From Octopus vulgaris (Eukaryota), in NCBI GenBank assembly GCA_951406725.2, contig OX597815.1:62001-126000 (forward strand): 64,000 bases of DNA, read 5' to 3'. The notes beneath the pieces were generated by a model. The model worked only from the letters and a program-made list of their open reading frames with translations. It searched no databases and was not told the origin of the DNA. A program made the translations under genes and the position numbers. Of this stretch, positions 26,601 through 40,400 are shown piece by piece (positions within the stretch are counted from its first letter, which is position 1; each line of letters starts with the position of its first letter).

Positions 26601-29389
26601 TAGCTTATATATACACTAATATTGAACAGTGAGAATGACTGCTCAACACAGCATTGATGAATAAATATTCATTATTTGTTGGTCAACAAGGCTACCAGTG
26701 GTTTCATGTGAAAATATCTTCACAATTGTTCAAGCGTGCCACATGGAAGTGTTGTTACTTGGGTGTCTTGACCATGGGGTTATTTGTAGGGCACTTAACT
26801 AGAATATATTATCAACTTGTTCAGTATCAGATTGTCACCTACTTAACATTTCTAAAACTGGAGTTAATTACTTGACTTGTGAACTCTTGAGGAAGACTAA
26901 CTTGGCCACCAAAACCATGTTGTCCTTTAGTTGTTGTTATACCATTCTTGTCACAAGCAATTTTCCATTACATATTTCTTTTATAATCTTTCTCCATACA
27001 GATGACAGTACATTATTCAGATGTTGGCTTCACAAATATAAAACTGTAGGTTCGATTGTGACCAGACAGCTTATTGTGTTCTTGAGCAAAGCACAGGTCC
27101 AGTTTACTTAGCTGAGAACGAATAGCAGGTGATTGTTGTTTCAGTCCTTTTTCTTCCCTCCAGTTGTTACATCCTCTTCTATGTTCCATTGAGTCAAGGC
27201 TAGGAGGGCTGAGAGGGTCTCTGTCCATGACTACATGGATACCTAAAACAGTGAAAGTAGGATAAATGTTACACTCATTTGTGATTGCGGCTAAGTTTTA
27301 AATTCATTCAGCAAAAGAAATCTTTTATTGCATTCTTCTAAATTGTTCTTATTGCTGGCTTTTCCTGTTACTTAGCTAACAGGAGTTATTTACTACTCTA
27401 CTTCTACCAAACAGATTCAAGGTCTACACTGTTATGGTACAATTCTTGCCTAGGCTAAAAACAGCCTGAAAAGAATCATAAACTAGATTCTAGAAAACTT
27501 TAATCAAGTAGAATCTCTCAGGTAACATAATGTAAATTGTGCCACAAAACTGTGCTAAGCTTTATTTGTTACACAAATAGCCATATAAGGAACCAGCGAT
27601 GACTGTTACATCAAGTGTTTCCATCTACCTATCCTGAATTCCGTTCTTTAGCCCAGAATAGGTCATCCAGTGCTCAGCACTTGACATGTGCAAAATAAGA
27701 GTTCACACTTATGAACACTGCTCCCATACACAAGACAGACACTTGTACACACATGCATGCACACACACACATGTACATACCCCACCACACATACAAATAA
27801 GGACTCCTATTAGTTATTGAAATTTGTTGAAGAGGTTAACTGTACACTCTGAGTTCAAATCTAGCTATGATTTACTTTGTCTTTCATCCTTTCAGGGTAA
27901 ATAGAAAAACACCCAATCCATGAACCCTGGTTTGGTAGGACTCTTAAAGGGTTGGGTGAGGTGCCTGATAGTATTTGTAAGTCTGTGACAACATTGGTGT
28001 CAAGTTGTATTGGCCCTAAAATAGGGGTCTCCCTCTTGAACAACTCTAATTGGGTAGAGAGGAGTGACTTGCATATATAGGCAATCGCCAATTTTTTACA
28101 AAAGCCCGCATAGGTAGATAAATGTTCAAGTATGGCTTATGGTGGCTCCCTATGAGGATTCAACCTGATTCTGTTTATGAGCTTGATTTGGCATACCTGT
28201 GGCTAAAAGTGTTTTCTTTTCCTGTACTTGGTGTATTTAGAATTGCATTATCCAATGTACCCTGCCTTTTTAAGGATAGTTCAGGGCATTGAGAGAGAAA
28301 ATTGGTTGCTTTTTCTAGCAGATTTAGTGGCAATGTGGAGGCTAGCTTGTTGGGTTGTCTTTTCATTTTGCTTTATGACTTCACTAGTCACTTTGGTCTG
28401 TTTCCGGTCACATGGTCCATAGTTGGGCTGAAATTAAGTTACTTATTCTTATGTACTTCACAGTTATTGCATGGTAGACTTAATTTCCATCATTTCACAC
28501 CATCGCTTGGTCCTTGGGTGCATTCAGTGAAATTTTCACCATTGTAAGTTTTTGAACTCAGTCTCTGGTTTGAAGATTACATCCTCTTTCTCACCAGTTT
28601 CTGCACTCTTGCTTGTGAAAGGTCATGTACGGGGGTTGCTGTCATTATTTCTCTTGATAAGCAATAAAATTATGAGATAGCAGTAAGGTGAAATGGATGG
28701 TTACTTTCTCATTTTGAAAGTTATGAGTTTAAACCTACAATTGAAATATTTAGGGTTATTATGGGGGAATGAATACTAAGGTGTCTAGTAATGGTACCTA
28801 AAATGGACTTGTGCCTTATTTGTATATTTGTCCCCCTTCAGCTTAACACCATGAAACCAGACTAAGCAGCAGATATTAAAAGATCCTCTAGAATTTAGTT
28901 GACATGTTTCACAATCTAATGTCACACAATCTAATTTGGATTTATCATTCAGTCAAGTGTGACACTTGTGTATGGTTTGAGCTTCCACTCAAATATGACA
29001 CTCTAACAGGATTGGTCTGTTGAGAAACCATAGGAGACATACGTTGTTGTTGTTGTTGTTGTTGTTGTAGCTCCTGGTCTTAGAAGCAAAGCGTTCCAGT
29101 TATGACCATTCCAACTCATTTTCAGATTGTGCGCTTTTTTCTTTGTTTTAAGGTAATAAACTGTGATTTGGCTGCAACTTCTAGTGTGTCAATCAACCCT
29201 GTGGAAACTTCCACATTGGTTTATATTTCTATTTATGGCAGTGGTTGGCTTGGATTGACAAGAAGAGGGTCTTCCTCTTCTCTCACTCTTTTCTGAACAT
29301 CTTTACATTTTTTGCAGTTTTACTTTACACAGAAGCACCATTATGCACACACATACCTATTTACATTTAAACACACATATTTTTGTATA

Positions 29390-30470
29390 CATTGAACTGC
29401 AAAAGAAACACAAGACGTGTGTGACTGTGAAATATGTTTTAATTTCATTATGTCAGAGATAATTTTGATAAATCTGATAAAGTCAGTTTCTTGGATGTAC
29501 TTTGACCACAGCCTATGGGTCATTGTCATGTGTTCTGGTAGTGGGCAGATCCAGCACATCGAGATAGTAGAGCATGATATATTCAATACTGTGTATGCCC
29601 TCCCTGGGTGTTCAAAACAGCCATACACCGTCGGTACATAGAGTGCATGAGGCAGTTCACAAAAGCCATTGACACCTGTGCCCACACCACACGAGTTGTC
29701 AGCCTTGGGACCACCTGGTTCAGACAACTCTGGATTTCATCCCACAGGTGTTCAATTAGGTTCAAATCCAGGCTGAGAGCCATCCATGGCATGGTTCTGA
29801 TGTTGTGCTGATTTAGGAAATCCATGGTGACCCTGGTTGTGTGGGAGGGAGCATTGTTCTGCTGGAACACATGGCTATGGTGATGCATAAAGATGGGCAC
29901 AATGTAAGGTCTTAGGATCTGGTCAACATAGCACTCTGCTGTGATGCCTGCACCAACATTTTGGAACACATGGAGCCCAGTTCTCTGATTCAGGCCTCTA
30001 GCACCTCAAACCGTGACGCTTTGGCCATCCCATGCATCTCTCTCCATGACACGTGTCTCTGTAGTGTTCACTCTTCCTACACCACACCCTCACTCTGCCA
30101 TCCAAGGTAGAAACGCAGTACCAGCTCTTGTCAGAGAAGACTATTGATCTCCATTGTTGATGCTGTGTAGCCCATTGTAGTCATTCCTGATGGTGGCGTG
30201 CAGTGAAGACAGGCCCTCAAGCAGCATGATGGCAATGCAGGTCAACATTGCAGCCAGTCAACATTGTACTGTGTCCTTGCTGATGGGTCACTGTCCAGTG
30301 CCAATGGTCTTGCAAACTGTCACACTGGCCGGTCTGAAACAATCACGAAGGCATTGCAGGTGGGTGCAGTGGTCCTCCGAGGGCGCCCTCTGCGGGGACA
30401 TTCTGCATTGCTGTTGTTGTTACTGTATCGCTGTTGCAGGCAATAGATGGTGTTGATGTGGACATTGTGT
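29390..30470 (-). mobile_element. Tc1-type DNA transposon remnant
   Basis: FQQNNAPSHT...WMALSLDLNLIEHLWDEI (decayed DD34E domain) and PRRGRPRRTT linker. TA plus TIR-like CATTGAACTGCAAAAG at 29388. The 5' end is replaced by an RTE fragment. Confidence 0.88.
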
Positions 30471-30474
30471 ATAG

Positions 30475-30754
30475 TGTAGGCTGTGTATACTGTATACAGT
30501 ATGTGTGAAGCTTGGGTATTCAGTGTGAAAGTTAGAAAGGAAAAAAGCAAGTATAACCCACTGAACACACATAATGTTAGCATCCATGATAGACATAATA
30601 CAAATGAGTTGAGAGAAGAACTGGTTCTAATTGGAATCCGATGTAGTGTACATGGAGAAGACTGTAGTGGTATGGGCATTTGGTACACATGAAGGACAAG
30701 AGAGGTGGGGAAGAAGTGCCAAGGGATCTGAAAGAAAGGAGCGTGCAGTTTAAG
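30475..30754 (+). repeat. near-identical duplicate of the RTE fragment at 21138-21418
   Basis: About 280 bp align colinearly with few substitutions. Confidence 0.9.
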
Positions 30755-31294
30755 ATGGCCATGTATATGTGTGTGTATACAGGAAGTTAATTATATGCCG
30801 GTCATAGAGTGACCAATGGCTACACATCCATAAAGCATTTAGCCTTATAGACGAATCATGAGACTCCAATGGCCATGGACATATAAGCTCTGACATTTCG
30901 TGTATATATATATATATGTGTACATATATTATAAAGAGAAATATTTATGCAGTCACCACTCTTGAGTAACACAAAATCAATTGTTTGTTGTTGTTTAAAT
31001 GTTTCCATTACTAGTTCTGACTGGTTCTATTGATCTTAGAAGGTAGAACGATGATGCGTGTGTGGGAGGGTGAGTGGGTGTAATGTATTGAACTTGAGAA
31101 CTAGCTGTGGCTAAGAATTGAACTTAGATCACTGACACATTTCTTCATCTTAACTTGGAGTTCTTGTCCTATTTGTCTCTGTTTTTCTAGATGCACAACC
31201 ATCATCATAAGCATTTCTAAAAGATGAGTAGACTCATGATTGAACTACTCTCCAATATGTATTCTATTATCCTCAATCACTTTTAGGAGACATT

Positions 31295-31677
31295 GTGCTT
31301 GAGGAGACCTATTGAGTCAAGTACATCAACATCAAAAAGTCAAATGGAAATTGTAGTTGTGATACCTGTGCCGGTGGCACGTAAAATGCACCATCCGAAC
31401 ATGGCCAATGCCAGCACCGCCTTGACTGGCTTCCATGCCGGTGGCACGTAAAAAGCGCCAACTGATCGTGGCCATTGCTAACTTCACCTGGCACCTGTGC
31501 CAGTGGCATGTAAAAAGCTTGCACTACACTCAGAGTGGTTGGCATTAGGAAGGGCATCCAGCTGTAGAAACACTGCCAGATCAGACTGGGCCTGGTGCAG
31601 CCTCCTGGCTTCCCAGACCCCGGTCGAACCATCCAACCCATGCTAGCATGGAAAACGGACGTTAAACGATGATGATA
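31295..31677 (+). mobile_element. SINE family B
   Basis: Three internal GTGGCA(C/T)GTAAAA repeats, palindrome CCATGCTAGCATGG and a (GAT)n tail. Confidence 0.85.
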
Positions 31678-31770
31678 AAAAATGAGTATTTAGTGGATTA
31701 AGCTAAATTACTGGAGGATATTTAATCTGGTTGCATTCTGTTTCTACCATCCCAATATCAGTCATGTTAA

Positions 31771-31969
31771 CCCTCTAGCATTTAAACCAGCCATATCTGG
31801 TTCAAACTGGTTAGATTCAGCCTCTCATACCTACTCTGCAATTTCATTCTAAAAATATACAATCACATCACTGAAATCTTGAAGCTATGACATACTACAG
31901 GATCAATTCAAAACAATGTGAATAAATAGGAATAAATACATTTGACAGATTAATCTGAATGCTAAAGGG
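31771..31969. mobile_element. piggyBac-type MITE
   Basis: TTAA|CCCTCTAGCATT ... AATGCTAAAGGG|TGAA. Homologous to 35907-36125 in opposite orientation. Confidence 0.8.
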
Positions 31970-34254
31970 TGAAATACCAAACGGTTGATGTTGAAGTTGC
32001 AGTCAATTCTGTGAGAGAAAGTGGTTTGTCATGGTTCTGTACCCTGGTAAGAGATGTTCAGTTTTATTGGTTTGATTTAAATTTCTTGTTGGTTATCCTT
32101 CATCTCTTTGTTCTGAGGCAGACTATCCAAACAATTTAGGATGTAAAAAGGTTGAGTAAAGTTACTTCTTGCTCTTTCTGCAACAGACATACAATCTAGG
32201 AGTACATTATTTAATGTGTCCTACTTTTTATAAGATGTTAAAGTGTGGTTTGAAGAGAATTTGATTTCTATTTTTGAATGACAGGGTCAAGGTTTTCATC
32301 ATTTTTTTGTATCGCTAAAAACTCTTAGGATTTGCATATATTCATCATCATCATCATTTAGCATCCGTTTTCCATGCTGGCATGGGTTGGCTGCTTTGAC
32401 AAGAACTGACAAGCTCAAGAGCTGCACTAGGCTCTAGTTGTCTGTTTTGGTAGGGTTTGCTATGGCTTGATACCCTTCCTAATGCCAACCATGTTACAGA
32501 GTGTACTGGGGACTGCATGTTAATAAGTTATAGATAAGTTACACACATGTTTTATATTTGTCTTTTGAGTTTCACCTGCTCTTTCTTTGTCTTCTTTTCT
32601 GAGTTGTTTTCATTGTTAATGTTTTTAAGTGTCTGTACAGTGGTGAGACCTTAACATTGATACACAGTTATGTGGTTGGCCACATTTTATTGAGCTCAGC
32701 TGTTGCTAACTTGATAGTTCGTTACCAGAAAGTGACCTAACCACAAACATTGATGACAGCTTGTTTCATTTGATTTACATTCCAACAAGGGAATCTCTAC
32801 ATGGTTGCTTGGTCAGCTAGAAATAATTCACCTGTAATAACAATACACTAAGATAATCTAGTACTGGTTGAATTGAGTGTAAGTGGAGGACTCTGGATCA
32901 AAATCCTCCACTCACACTTCCCAAAATACAGTTGACCACAAAAGGAAGATACTGTAACTATAATTATTAGTAATTTTCATTAGTTTTGTGTTTTGAATTC
33001 AAGTCTTCTATAATAAGTTTAGAGAAAGTAATGTGAAACAATTATAATGTATTCTGTTTTGAAATATCTTGTCCACAAGATCCTCAGGTATTCAAGTTTC
33101 CTGTGAAACGTAGGGAATAAACCAGTGAAGAAGAATGAGCAAAAGGAGAGGAAGAAGGTGAAAAATGCTTTATTTTATAAAGAAATTTTTGTTATCATCA
33201 ATCTACTTTTTATCTCTACCATTTGCACTAAATTTGCTGTGGTGATGACAGGGAGATCATCAGTACAGACCCTTCATGATACTAAACCTTTAAAAAGAGA
33301 AAACGTCCTCGTCCCCTCTTTTTGTACTCCAGTAACCCAAGAATTTCTGGTTGTATTCTTCAAGTTGTTGACTTTTGGCTTTTACAAGGTATTTTTTGTT
33401 TAGCTTGAGGACAGTTCAATCTTTTTTAAGATGATGATGGGAGGGATATTTGATTGCTGTTTCTTACAAGTTGAGTGACTGTGTAGAACCTCTTGTGTTG
33501 GCTCATACTGGATTTCAGATACCATGTGACTGTATGGTAGCTTGAAGAGTCCACACAGCATCTCCACTCTGACCTAATGATTGGGATAGGCTAGAAGAAT
33601 CTTCTCCCTTTTTTAAGGCTAAAGAAAATAACAATCATTTGCCCAACTTTCATCTCCTTAGCCTTATCATCATTAATAAATATGCTATTATTATCTCATG
33701 TTTACCAAACACCACCACTGAGAAAATAATTAATTTAAATTGCAATTTTTTTTGACATTCATTCTTCCCCACTCTTCTTCTCTTTTTCTGTCTCTCATGT
33801 GTCCACACACACACAAACACACACACATACACACTATTTAACAATTTAAAAAAAATTATTAAAAACAAACAAAAGCCATTTATATCCGAATCATTCATTT
33901 CCAGACTAAAAATTAATTATTCATTCATTTTTGTGTTGTGTAAGTTCCTTGAAGCCAGGAAACGTTACGTGGCTTTCACCTCCGTTCTTTCTCCGACTAA
34001 ATGCAAATTGTAGTCATGTGCTTCAAAGTCAATTTGCATTGCCACTCTAGCCTTTCATACTCCCTTTCCCCTCTTTCCCTCTCAAACATTCTTTTTCTCT
34101 CTAGCTATTACTCCTCCCCCCCCTACTTTCTGATTTTAATCATTTTCTTTAGCAATTCTGTCACTATCCAATCTTTTCTTCTCCGCTATTCATCTATTCA
34201 TTAATGTAATTCTTTCTCTCTCTCCTCTCTCTACTCACACACTATATATAAACT

Positions 34255-34350
34255 GTAAGTGTATATAGTTATGTGTATGTATTTATGCACACATATGTGT
34301 TTGCATGTGTATGTATATATTATGTGTGTGTATATGTGTGTGTGTGTGTA

Positions 34351-34387
<37 letters not shown>

Positions 34388-34425
34388 TCATATACATACA
34401 TACATACATGCATGCATATACATAC

Positions 34426-34470
<45 letters not shown>

Positions 34471-34642
34471 CATACATATACAAATATATACTCATACATG
34501 TGCATTCATACACATATATATGTATCTATACATATAATATATATACATGCATATATATATATATGTATTTCATACATACATAAACATACACACATACATA
34601 TGTGCATACATACACATGCACACACACACACACGCACACACG
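34255..34642. repeat. compound TA/TG/CA microsatellite, followed by a pyrimidine-rich tract to about 34985
   Basis: Directly visible. Confidence 0.9.
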
Positions 34643-35039
34643 CATCAGTTTGGCTTTCGTTCTTTCTTTGTCCCTATTTTTTCTCTTTCTTCTTCATTCT
34701 CTCTTTCCACTTTTTACTCTTTTTTTCTCAATTAAATCTTTATTCTTTTTACCTTGTTTTCTGTTTCCTTCTTTTCCTTTTTCTCTCCATTTTTTTTTAT
34801 AATTTTAATTTCTATTCTTTTTCATCCTTTCACCATCCTTCTCTATCTTCTTATATTCTCTTATATCAGATTATAAGCCTATTTTCTGTAATCCTTTATT
34901 TTCCTTTACTCCTATTTTCTCTTATTTGTTCTTGCATTCTTTTATATTCCTGTTTTTCCTTTATTCTTATATTCTCATTTTTCACATCCAGTTCTCTGTA
35001 GCCATTCGCTTGAGCTTAGGTGGTGAAGATATAACTTGG

Positions 35040-36690
35040 CAACAGAACTAGAATTCAGTCTATGGTGTATCGCATCAGGTTTGTACTCTTCAATTCTAAA
35101 CAGACAAGCATGGTTTTCAAGAAACACTTTACCACAGTCCTTGATGATGTGTGTTGGAAACAATGGATTTTGATATCTACTTGAGCAAGAAGGGACCAAA
35201 CACTGCAAAAAGCTGATTTCAGCTAACAGAGAGGCAGGCATTCTGAGCAGCATTGTAGGGTGAAAAATCAACAGGAGTGGATGGTCTCTCCTGTGAGTTA
35301 TTTTTCCAAGTGCCAGCCTTGTTTACTCTTGTCTTGGTAGCAAACTGGAAGTTGTAGTAAACACTCAACTGGAGCACTTGAGTGAGTTGGAGAGTGGTGA
35401 TGCTGTTGAGGAAGGATCAGAACAAGGGGGACATGGCAGAAAATTTCAGACTACCTCTCTACTCAACACAGAGTTGAAGGTATTTCAGCAAAAGTGTTTG
35501 TCGAAAGACTGATGTTTGTTATCAATAGTGTAGTTGATATGCTAAGCTGTGCAATTCTCAACAAATTATCTCCAAGAACCACCACGTAATGTGATACATC
35601 ATAGAGTGAATCAAGAATTGATCTAGCCGATCAATTTAGACCAGTTCAAAGCATTTAACAGAATGGACCATAACTACCTAGTGGCTGTTCTTAAGAGCTG
35701 TCAGTTTCAGTCTCATCTTCAAAGGCTGGATCACTACAATGCATTTCAGCATCTGTTTGGCAGTCAAATTAAACAGCCATTTTACTGAATTGTTTGACAT
35801 CGAATGTTTGATCCATCATAGTTGCCTTCCTTTTCTCTTTCCTGTATGTTTTGGCTTTGGAGTCTTTGTTGAGGAGGATGGAGACTTTGTTGGGTAGCCT
35901 GCTTAACCCTTTAGTGTTCAGATTATTCTATCAAACATAATGCTTATTGATTCCCATTGATTTGAATTAATCATGCATTATCTCATATCTTCAAGATCTT
36001 GATGGTGTAATTACTTTATGTAGAATAACATTGTAGGGTAGGTGTGAGAGCCTGGATCTGGTCAGTTTAAACATAAAACAAATTAAATATTTTGGCCGGA
36101 TATGGCCGGTTTAAATACTAAAGGGTTAAACTGGATCCTAGGAGACCTATGTTGGATGGAGATGATGTCCCTGTCATAGTGTCAGGCTTTATTAGATATA
36201 GAAGTGATAAATACTACACTGAAAGAATACCAGGAGTATAGAGAAGACATCAACCAGAACAAGCTGGTGGGCTTTAAGCATGGTTTTTATTGAGGCAAAT
36301 CTATGATGGCCAGTGGCAGGTTCTGTTGCTTTGCTGAGGGCCTAGGTAAAGTGCTCAGTCTGGTTTGAACCAACTCTCCTGGTTGTGAGCAGGGGAGCTG
36401 GTTTCATTCAGGAATGGGCCAGCAGGAAGTTGCCTCTGAAAGGCGAGGCATGAGTAACTAATGTCTTCATTGCTTTGGTGGCATATTATTGCTGAACTGT
36501 CATACCCTGTGCTAAGAAACATCTGACCAAACTGGAGTGCATGCTTTTCTGCTTCTTACGGAAAGGGCAGCTTCCACCAGTCAAGCAACCCAACTGCTGT
36601 AAACACTCCACTTGGTTATACTGTTACTGATGATGCACAGGCATGTAGTGAGGCTGATGTATCTGGACCGTGATGATGACAATGAGGATG
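35040..36690 (+). pseudogene. L1/Tx1-like RT remnant
   Basis: Frameshifted NFR..SLLNTELK, DQFKAFNRMDHNYLVAVL and LYVLALESLLRRM match L1/Tx1 RT motifs. It is interrupted by a MITE. Confidence 0.7.
35907..36125. mobile_element. piggyBac-type MITE with TTAA TSD
   Basis: TTAA|CCCTTTAGTGTT ... AATACTAAAGGG|TTAA. Confidence 0.9.
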
Positions 36691-37139
36691 AAAACTAGGG
36701 TGAACTAGTGTGGCTATCTTCCAAATGTTACATCTTTTCTCAGCTTTTTTCTTCGACTGAGCTGTAATCATGGATCATAGATTGATGTTGGGTGTTTGGC
36801 TTCATTATCATCATTATTGGCAAAATTATTAGAATGTTATAAAAAATGTTTTGCAGTATTTGTAAAGTAGTATTGCCTACCTCACACAATTACATCACAT
36901 GACTCACTCTAATGGTCATGTGATGCTAATTAACATGGTCTCCCGTTTGATGGAAAAAATTTTGTTGTTCAGTTGAATAAAGCTTTTGGAGATGAAGGAC
37001 CTCTTGTTGCCATGGTATTGTTTTGGATAAACACTTTACAATAAGACTACATTGATTTTGAAATAAACATATTTCTGGAAATATTAGAATAATGATAAAT
37101 GGTGTCTCGTCATTCTTGGCACTCAACACCAGACTTCAC

Positions 37140-37450
37140 TGGCTACAATGGCACATTCTTGAAAGAATTAACTCAATACATAAGAAATGTGGGAACTACA
37201 GTAGATGATAAAAGGCAAAAGGCCATACTACAATATACGGTGAGAAGAACTTTATGAACTTTCTTACATTTAATGATTTATGTCCTGTTTCAACCTACAA
37301 AAATATTGAACTTATGAAAGGAGCCTGTTCTGGTCCATTTTACTCCAAGTCTAAAAAACTTGCTTAACTGGATTCCCAACTGAAAGCAAATGTAAAAATG
37401 CTGGATTTTGCTAAGTATGATGGTGATAGTATTAAGGGGCCACCAATTCA
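37140..37450 (+). pseudogene. possible Gypsy gag remnant
   Basis: VDDKRQKAIL ... LFQPTK ... KEPVLVHFTP resembles a gag N-terminus. Heavily decayed. Confidence 0.35.
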
Positions 37451-37504
37451 TTGAGAAGACAAGTCACATTATGGGAATAAAATTGTCACAGTCATCCAAC
37501 ATCC

Positions 37505-38233
37505 CAGTTTCATTTTTCTTCAGTCATTTGACTGTGGCCATGCTGGTGTACCACCTTGAAGAATTTTTTGTTGAATGAATCACCCCTAGTACTTGATTTT
37601 TTTTTTTTAAAGCCTGGTACTTATTCTATCAGACTATTTTGCTGAACTGCTAAGTTATGGGAGTGTAAACACACCAACATCAGTTGTCAAGCAGTAGGGG
37701 GGGGAAATACAGACACAAAGGCATGCACACACACACACACACACACAAATACATCATCATCATTTTGGATACATTTTTCATGCTGGCATGGGTTGGACAG
37801 TACCTTGGATCGTAGGGCGACATGCCGTGCTTGAGGAGACCTATTGAGTCAAGTACATCAACATCAGCAAAATCAAAATCAAATCAAATGGAAATTGTAG
37901 TTGTGAGCCCCATGCCGGTAGCACATAAAAGGCACCATCTAGACGTGGCTGATGCCAGTGCCACATTGACTGGCTTCCGTACTGGTGGCACGTAAAAAGC
38001 ACCATCCAATCGTGGTCGATGCCAGCTCTTCTGGCCCTTGTGCCAATGGCACATAAAAAGCACCCACTACATTCTTGGGGTGGTTGGCATTAGGAAGGGC
38101 ATCTAGCTGTAGAAACACTGCCAGATCAGATTGGGGCCTGGTGCAGCCTCCTGGCTTCCCAGACCCCAGTCGAACCGTCCAACCCATGCCAGCATGGAAA
38201 ACGGACGTTAAACAATGATGATGATGATGATGA

Positions 38234-38269
<36 letters not shown>

Positions 38270-38430
38270 GACAGGCTTCTTTCAGTTTCTGTCTTCCAAA
38301 GCTACTCACAAGGATTTGGTCAGCCTGAGCTATAGTAGAAGACATGTGTCCAAGATGCCATGTGGTGGGACTGAACCTGGCACCATGTGGCTGGGAAACA
38401 ACCTTCTTACCAGACAGCCATGCCTGTGCC
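37505..38430 (-). mobile_element. SINE family A split by nested family-B insertions
   Basis: Tail and body at 37505-37750 and head at 38268-38430. A + strand family-B copy (about 37825-38236) and a short - strand tail (37753-37800) sit in the internal microsatellite. Confidence 0.8.
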
Positions 38431-38571
38431 AAACTTTAGAATTAATATAGACACCTGGTATTGTTTGAACAGCCAACAAGAAACATGAGAGAAAACAGAT
38501 TTATTCCTTATGATGAAGGTAATATCAAGTTTGATGACCTAGAACTAATTATAAAAATGCTTTGTCATATA

Positions 38572-39442
38572 CGAGGTGCTATCAAAAAGTTCTAGAACTA
38601 GTTATGTTTAATAAAAAAATAACTTATTTACCTTAGTTTTAACCTAATCTCCTTCGAAATAGTGACCTTGCGCAGCAATACACTAGTGCCAGTGTTCATG
38701 CCACATTTGGAATCTGGCCTGGAAGTTGTTTTCTGTAAGTAAGTTGAGGACCTGCGATTCGGTCTGGATCTCAACATCAGTATTAAAATGGTGACTTTTG
38801 AGCTGCATTTTCATCATAGGGAAGAGATGGAAGTCTGCAGGTGACTAGGGCAGGTGCAGAAGCGATACCATGAGAAGAGCTCAGTGACAGAGTGCATTGT
38901 TGTCATGAAGAATCCAATTCTTCCTGCTCCACAGATCTGGGGTCACTTTCACCTAATGTCCTCCCTCAGACACTGTAGAATATCTCAGTAGAACTGTCTA
39001 TTAATGATCTGACCCTGGGGGATGAATTATTGATGCACAATACCACATTTCTGTTTGTGGCATGTCTTTCAGATTGTTCGTAATTTTCCAGGGATATTCT
39101 TCCACTTTTGAAGTGCCTGTACCACTTGAAACATTGCATATGATCCACTGCCTCATTGACGTAAGCTTTGCTGAAACATACTCAATGTCTCTGTAGCAGA
39201 CTTCACAAGTTTAACATAAAATTTTGTGCCTCTTTGTTCCTGTCCATGACAAAATCACAGACCACAGTATACATGTGATCACAAAAATACAAATTTCACA
39301 ACTTGTGAAGTAAACACAGCAATGTCATTCAGCACACTGCCTCATGAAGGTGACTACTAGCTCTAACTGCGCATGCAACCATGTGCTGCCATCTGTTGGC
39401 ATGCTACAGAAGTAGTACAGCAACTTCTTTGATGTCACCTCG
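38572..39442 (-). mobile_element. internally deleted mariner element with both TIRs
   Basis: TA|CGAGGTGCTATCAAAAAGTT ... AACTTCTTTGATGTCACCTCG|TA, with HTH remnant CFKWYRHFKSGRISLENYEQSERHAT. Confidence 0.88.
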
Positions 39443-39479
39443 TATGTGCTTCTGGATCTCTTTTCTTACTTTTGATGCT

Positions 39480-40400
39480 CTGTGAAGGGAAAATCCACAA
39501 CTCATGTAAAAAATTTGGCCATTTTGCTTGTGTATACAGATCATGGAAACACAGTTTTGCATCTTTAGGAGCAAGAATCTTTTAATCAAACTGCCTGTTT
39601 TTGAGTTCAGTTCATCTCTTATTTGTGGGTTCAATGCTCTCTTGTCAGACTTCATCATTTTGATGTGGTCTGAGACAAGTTTTCTCTACCAATTGTAGTC
39701 TGCCTCAGGGTTCAATTTTGTCCCTTTCTTCTTCCTGTACATCAACAACTTTCTTGTCTTCACCTTAATAACACCCATTTTTCCACAAATAATACCATTT
39801 CTATTCCTTCTTAACCTTCCAAATCAAGTCTACACTGATACTAGTAGCAGAGATTTCTAAATTATCCTTTGACAGAAACTAATTTTTTTCAACAACAAAG
39901 TGGCACAATTGCTTCACATATCAAGAAACAGTATCCCTTCTCCTCTTTTGACACAAATCATTTGCAACTAGAACACTGAACGTCTCTACAAATGCTATGC
40001 CTCACCATCATGGCTCAACAATCTTAGCGAAAACGACTTCACAAAAATTGGCCTTTATCTTCAGTGAAAAAAGTACTGCAGACCCTCCAGTAACTACAAA
40101 CATTTTGCATATCTCAGGGGAGAAGCACAATTCAAATACTGCTTCTACATCTGGGATGGTGCTACTGATGTGCACACACACACACACAGAGTCATTGACT
40201 GCATCCATAGAAAGGCAATTCAACTTATTAATATAAAATTACTCACAAACCCACTCCTGTCTCTTGCCTACATTTGCTCTCTTTGTCTCTACCTTTTCTA
40301 TTGCTTTTACCTCTGTTTCCTGCTGCCTCCTCCTCCACTCAGCCACTCCTGGACACATTCACGTCTCTTGCTCTCATCACTCACTTGTAACTGTTCAAAA
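39480..40400 (+). pseudogene. old CR1/Jockey-group LINE RT remnant
   Basis: PQGSILS..FFLYINN at 39703-39750 and downstream YCFYIWDGA and DCIHRKAIQLI remnants. Confidence 0.65.

Noticed and set aside
31309-31641. Recurrent ORFs such as MGWMVRPGSGKPGGCTRP and LDALPNANH
   Set aside because: These are translations of SINE family B copies, not a gene family.
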